Source: an uncultured virus (IMG/VR IMGVR_UViG_3300008119_000025)
Lineage: Duplodnaviria; Heunggongvirae; Uroviricota; Caudoviricetes
IMG/VR virus record: IMGVR_UViG_3300008119_000025
Strand: one strand, 5' to 3'
Length of the DNA: 20,000 nucleotides
Shown: positions 17,241 to 20,000 of the stretch, one piece after another
How the letters are laid out: each line of letters opens with the position of its first letter
Position numbering within the stretch: position 1 is the stretch's first letter
Made by a program: the position numbers and the translations under genes
Notes under the pieces: generated by a model
Told to the model about the DNA's origin: nothing
Database searches by the model: none
Seen by the model: the letters and a program-made list of their open reading frames with translations, nothing else

Positions 17241-17612
17241 TTAATAGACCTCGTCCTTTATTGTTAATTCTTCTCCTGTTAATGCGTGGTGTAGGTTTTG
17301 AAGTTGGTGAACATGTTTTATTATTATTTTTCTTCCAAATATAGTTATGAAATAACTTTGTTCTGAATCAACATAGATATTGAATGAATATTCGTAATCA
17401 TCTTCAATTAAGTTTCCAAAACATTTAAAATAAGTTGGAATATCATTTTCAAGTTTATCAAATCCTAACTTCACTAACCATTCTTCTGTTAGTGGGATAG
17501 GTTTATATTCAAGTTTATTGTTTTCCATTAACTCTAATCTCCACCATGTAACAAATACAAAATCATCATCTTGCATTATTGAATTACCTATTCTCAATTC
17601 GCTTGCTTTCAT
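17241..17612 (-). CDS. hypothetical phage protein (MKAxELRIGN...PIPLTEEWL...VHQLQNL family)
   Basis: Motif pattern recalled from Bacteroidota phage/prophage proteins. Confidence 0.8.
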   Translation of the reverse strand: MKASELRIGNSIMQDDDFVFVTWWRLELMENNKLEYKPIPLTEEWLVKLGFDKLENDIPTYFKCFGNLIEDDYEYSFNIYVDSEQSYFITIFGRKIIIKHVHQLQNLHHALTGEELTIKDEVY

Positions 17613-17615
17613 AAC

Positions 17616-17708
17616 TTATTTAACCATTAATTTTACAACCCAAATTAATATACAACCTGCAATCACTGATAATGCTATATTCAGTACCGCCATTAAAAAC
17701 TGTCTCAT
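17616..17708 (-). CDS. small single-TM peptide (30 aa)
   Basis: Hand-translated MRQFLMAVLNIALSVIAGCILIWVVKLMVK; ATGA overlap. Confidence 0.55.
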   Translation of the reverse strand: MRQFLMAVLNIALSVIAGCILIWVVKLMVK

Positions 17709-18139
17709 AACTCTGTTCTTACTTGTTTAATATGTTTACAATTTTGTTTTGAGCGAATAGCTCCAAAACAATTACATTTCAATCCATTTGGTGTCATTCT
17801 TACCTCATAAATCCCACCTCCACTTGATGATTCAAATTTCCATGTTTTAGGTTTTTCTTCCCTCGGTTTATTTACTCGTTTTTGAATTACCTCTACATCG
17901 TCAATAGACGTTTGTGGATGACATTGAATTTTATCTGGGTAGATATAGCTTGTTCCGTTTAGGTTAACAATAGCTATACACATTTTTGGTTGCTTAACAA
18001 CATATTTGAATTGCTTATGATTAGCAAATTTAATATTGTCTCGTTGCGGATACAGGATAATCTGTTCACCTGGATTGGTATGAACTATTTTGTGTTCGGT
18101 TCTACCGTCTTTGTATTCGATGTGGAGTTCGTGTAACAT
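17705..18139 (-). CDS. SWIM zinc-finger protein (144 aa; start revised)
   Basis: C-terminal SSSGG..YEV...CNC...CKHI; AAAGGTT-ATG at 18139. Confidence 0.75.
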   Translation of the reverse strand: MLHELHIEYKDGRTEHKIVHTNPGEQIILYPQRDNIKFANHKQFKYVVKQPKMCIAIVNLNGTSYIYPDKIQCHPQTSIDDVEVIQKRVNKPREEKPKTWKFESSSGGGIYEVRMTPNGLKCNCFGAIRSKQNCKHIKQVRTEL

Positions 18140-18174
18140 AACCTTTATTTTTAAATATGCTGGAATATACGAAT

Positions 18175-18202
18175 AAAAAATGGGGAACAACCGTCCTCCA
18201 TT
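18175..18202 (-). terminator. intrinsic terminator embedded in promoter spacer
   Basis: AATGGAGGAC...GTTCCCCATT followed by a T-run. Confidence 0.55.
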
Positions 18203-18205
18203 ACT

Positions 18206-18421
18206 TTATCTCCAAAATCTATATACTGGGAATCCATTTTTATCTAAATGAATTCGCTCATGCCATTCAGAATATGGTCGAGCATGGAATCCACCAAATG
18301 ATAACGATTTATAGATAACTAGTATTTCATCTGTTGTTGTGTGGTTACACATAGCAACTATTTCATATTTGCCACCTTTGTAGTGATTCCAGGTTTCACC
18401 TGGTTGAGGGTATTTATTCAT
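18206..18421 (-). CDS. DUF1653-family protein (71 aa)
   Basis: HYKGGKYEIV...HTTTDE.LVIYKSL....ARP motif. Confidence 0.75.
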   Translation of the reverse strand: MNKYPQPGETWNHYKGGKYEIVAMCNHTTTDEILVIYKSLSFGGFHARPYSEWHERIHLDKNGFPVYRFWR

Positions 18422-18426
18422 AATTT

Positions 18427-18675
18427 CTAAATTTGAGGTTTATAGTGAGCCGTTTGAGCAAGCAATATTTCATACCTGGATCGTATTTGTTTTAATACTT
18501 GATTATAGAATAATATACTTTCACTACTATCCAATAAATCATTTATAACTACCTCCAGTAGCGTTATTGTATCCTCAATTTGTCTTAAATCAGCGTGCCC
18601 ATCCAAATCATCAGGATATGTTTTTAATGGTGTGTTGTTAATAAGCTTATTTGCTTCGTTTTCTATATCCGACAT
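18427..18675 (-). CDS. hypothetical protein (82 aa)
   Basis: ORF in an operon-like run. Confidence 0.7.
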   Translation of the reverse strand: MSDIENEANKLINNTPLKTYPDDLDGHADLRQIEDTITLLEVVINDLLDSSESILFYNQVLKQIRSRYEILLAQTAHYKPQI

Positions 18676-18733
18676 GGCTATTTTATTTTAAAAGTGATCG
18701 TTTAATTCTTCAGGGCACTCACTGATGATGTGT

Positions 18734-18964
18734 TTAGCCCACCATTTCTTCAATGCTATCTTCAATTTCTTCAACATCGTCTATGGTTTCAGTAAATAAA
18801 TAATGTGTTTCATTTTTCAAAACATGGTTTACAAATGGTAAATAATCTCTCCATTCTTTTATATGTTCAGAATCGATTATACCGCTTTTATCGGTAAAAA
18901 ACGATATGGGGATGGAGCGATGAATAACATATGCTCTTCCATTATGTTTAAATAGACGTTTCAT
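18734..18964 (-). CDS. hypothetical protein (76 aa)
   Basis: ATGA overlap with the upstream gene. Confidence 0.75.
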   Translation of the reverse strand: MKRLFKHNGRAYVIHRSIPISFFTDKSGIIDSEHIKEWRDYLPFVNHVLKNETHYLFTETIDDVEEIEDSIEEMVG

Positions 18965-19212
18965 AATAACTTGGCTGTTTTATATTGTGACTTGTATTTT
19001 TCAATATACGATTTTCCTATACCAATATCAACTATTTCATGGTCGTTTTCAATAAGCGGTTTACGTTTGGATGAATCGATTACATCGTCAACAGACGTTC
19101 CTTCAAACGTTGATATAAATGTTTTCTTTCCCTTTTTGTGTACAACCACTAGAGTGGTTGGTTCTTCTGCTGGGCGACCTTTACCTTGGGATTGTTGAGT
19201 GTATGGATTCAT
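18961..19212 (-). CDS. hypothetical protein (83 aa)
   Basis: ORF in an operon-like run. Confidence 0.75.
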   Translation of the reverse strand: MNPYTQQSQGKGRPAEEPTTLVVVHKKGKKTFISTFEGTSVDDVIDSSKRKPLIENDHEIVDIGIGKSYIEKYKSQYKTAKLL

Positions 19213-19216
19213 ATAT

Positions 19217-19522
19217 TTATTTTTTAATGAAATATACGTTCTTTATTTCTTCACCTTTTATCCTCTCCATTTCTTCTTTATGGAAATTTATTATGTCTTC
19301 TGCTTCTTGTTCTGAATGACATATACATTCAACAGTGAGTGGTCTAATGTCTACTTTTAATATGTTGGGTTTTTCTATGAATAGTGGGATTAAGTTTTTC
19401 CAATTTTCGTATGGGTAAACTGAGCGTTTACAAAATGTTAATCCAATTCCACTAACTTGAGGTATATAACTTTTTTTTCCATTATTACATTCCACAACTT
19501 TAATTCTATATTCGTATCTCAT
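19217..19522 (-). CDS. hypothetical protein (101 aa)
   Basis: AAAGTT-ATG start. Confidence 0.75.
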   Translation of the reverse strand: MRYEYRIKVVECNNGKKSYIPQVSGIGLTFCKRSVYPYENWKNLIPLFIEKPNILKVDIRPLTVECICHSEQEAEDIINFHKEEMERIKGEEIKNVYFIKK

Positions 19523-19532
19523 AACTTTTAAT

Positions 19533-19718
19533 TTATTTACTTAATATCATAGCTCGTTTAAAAGCTTTTATTTCTACTTCTAATTCTATGATAAGTTTAG
19601 CTAAACTATTAGCTCTCAAAACAGAATTAAAATCATTACATTTTTCCCTACCCATCAATTCCATTAATTCTCGTTGGTGAGATTGGATTTGCTCTAATGC
19701 TATTTCTAACTTATCCAT
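19533..19718 (-). CDS. hypothetical coiled-coil protein (61 aa; start revised to MDKLE)
   Basis: The track start at 19856 runs through hairpins and the promoter repeat at 19742. Confidence 0.65.
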   Translation of the reverse strand: MDKLEIALEQIQSHQRELMELMGREKCNDFNSVLRANSLAKLIIELEVEIKAFKRAMILSK

Positions 19719-19767
19719 TTTTATCGTTTTAATATGTTTAAATATACGAAAAAATATTGGGTAAGAC

Positions 19768-19796
19768 AAGTAAAGGCGACAATTTCTTGTCGCCTT
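19768..19796 (-). terminator. probable terminator hairpin
   Basis: AAGGCGACAA-GAAA-TTGTCGCCTT, 10-bp stem, weak U-tail. Confidence 0.55.
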
Positions 19797-19909
19797 AGTT
19801 ACTAGGTCACCGATATCACCTAGTAGCGGAGAGTTATTTAATGACATTTTTTCCATTTAAAGGGGCAAGCTCTCTCTTAACTGTCAAACTCGATTCGGTT
19901 TTAAGGTAG

Positions 19910-19984
19910 TAGTTAGGGTAGGAATCGAACCTACATAGTCACGGTTCTATATGAACCGCTGCCTAACCACTCAGCCACCTAACT
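19910..19984 (-). tRNA. tRNA-like gene with non-canonical anticodon arm (identity undetermined)
   Basis: Acceptor AGTTAGG/CCTAACT+A, D-arm TGGCTGAGTGGTTAGGC, T-arm GTAGG-TTCGATT-CCTAC; anticodon arm GCGGTTC-ATATA-GAACCGT lacks U33; no encoded CCA. Confidence 0.75.
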
Positions 19985-20000
19985 TTAGACCCTGTACCCT

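Larger units (their letters stand above)
306..19750 (-). repeat. Dispersed bipartite promoter-like repeat family (~38 copies): AGGAC-N21-CGTATATTYMAGYAT ... AAAAATAAAGGTT-ATG
   Basis: The core reads atatacg on + at about 316, 671, 1066, 1415, 1637, 2514, 2787, 3790, 4102, 4352, 4762, 4992, 5413, 5896, 6317, 6721, 7040, 7527, 7762, 8961, 9218, 9456, 9655, 9883, 10206, 10773, 11619, 12060, 12411, 13503, 13797, 14240, 14735 (variant), 15597, 16221, 17225, 18165 and 19742. It lies just upstream of minus-strand starts. gtcc lies exactly 21 nt from the core in the copies counted (671, 4352, 5896, 8961, 10773, 11619, 12060, 15597, 16221, 18165). Two-box layout resembles Bacteroidota -33/-7 promoters. 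Confidence 0.9.

Noticed and set aside
19000..19240. Extra atatacg cores at ~19004 and ~19232
   Set aside because: They lie inside ORFs and lack the full flanking consensus; possible internal promoters, but not counted.
1185..19319. Plus-strand ORFs in the track (e.g. 1185-1397, 2577-2807, 2894-3212, 4919-5215, 7553-7849, 18971-19198)
   Set aside because: They are antisense shadows of minus-strand genes or low-complexity repeat translations, without start context.
306..19750. CRISPR array interpretation of the repeat
   Set aside because: Repeats are degenerate and separated by hundreds of bp of intact ORFs with variable length; no cas genes in the window.
306..19750. Classical integron with attC sites
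   Set aside because: No RYYYAAC...GTTRRRY inverted cores or consistent long palindrome, and no integrase in the window; the repeat has promoter geometry.
4325..19856. N-terminal extensions of track ORFs starting at 4402, 13003, 18190 and 19856
   Set aside because: They run through the promoter repeat, hairpins or an upstream gene; downstream ATGs have the conserved or A-rich start context.
1..20000. Stop-codon reassignment as the cause of short ORFs
   Set aside because: TAA, TAG and TGA all end genes immediately before repeats or next starts, and recognisable proteins (DUF932, DUF1653) appear complete in the standard code.

Overview
AT-rich window with no housekeeping genes, packed with about 65 small ORFs (28-268 aa). 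Essentially all real ORFs are on the minus strand. It most likely comes from the early/accessory region of a large phage of a Bacteroidota host; this is inferred from promoter architecture, A-rich non-Shine-Dalgarno start contexts and two lipoproteins. The dominant structure is a dispersed bipartite repeat of about 38 copies (minus strand AGGAC-N21-CGTATATTYMAGYAT, usually followed by AAAAATAAAGGTT-ATG). It precedes most genes, and its upstream edge often coincides with the 3' end of the previous ORF, so the region reads as an array of promoter+gene cassettes. Recognisable proteins are few: DUF932, DUF1653, a SWIM zinc finger, a minimal kinase-like protein, two lipoproteins and a Zn-ribbon. 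Two related tRNA-like RNAs have intact acceptor, D and T arms but aberrant anticodon arms. Several other candidate structured RNAs and a GC-rich non-coding block with opposed G-tracts and TACC iterons (possible terminus or origin) are also present. All family calls come from motif recognition by eye, not from searches.
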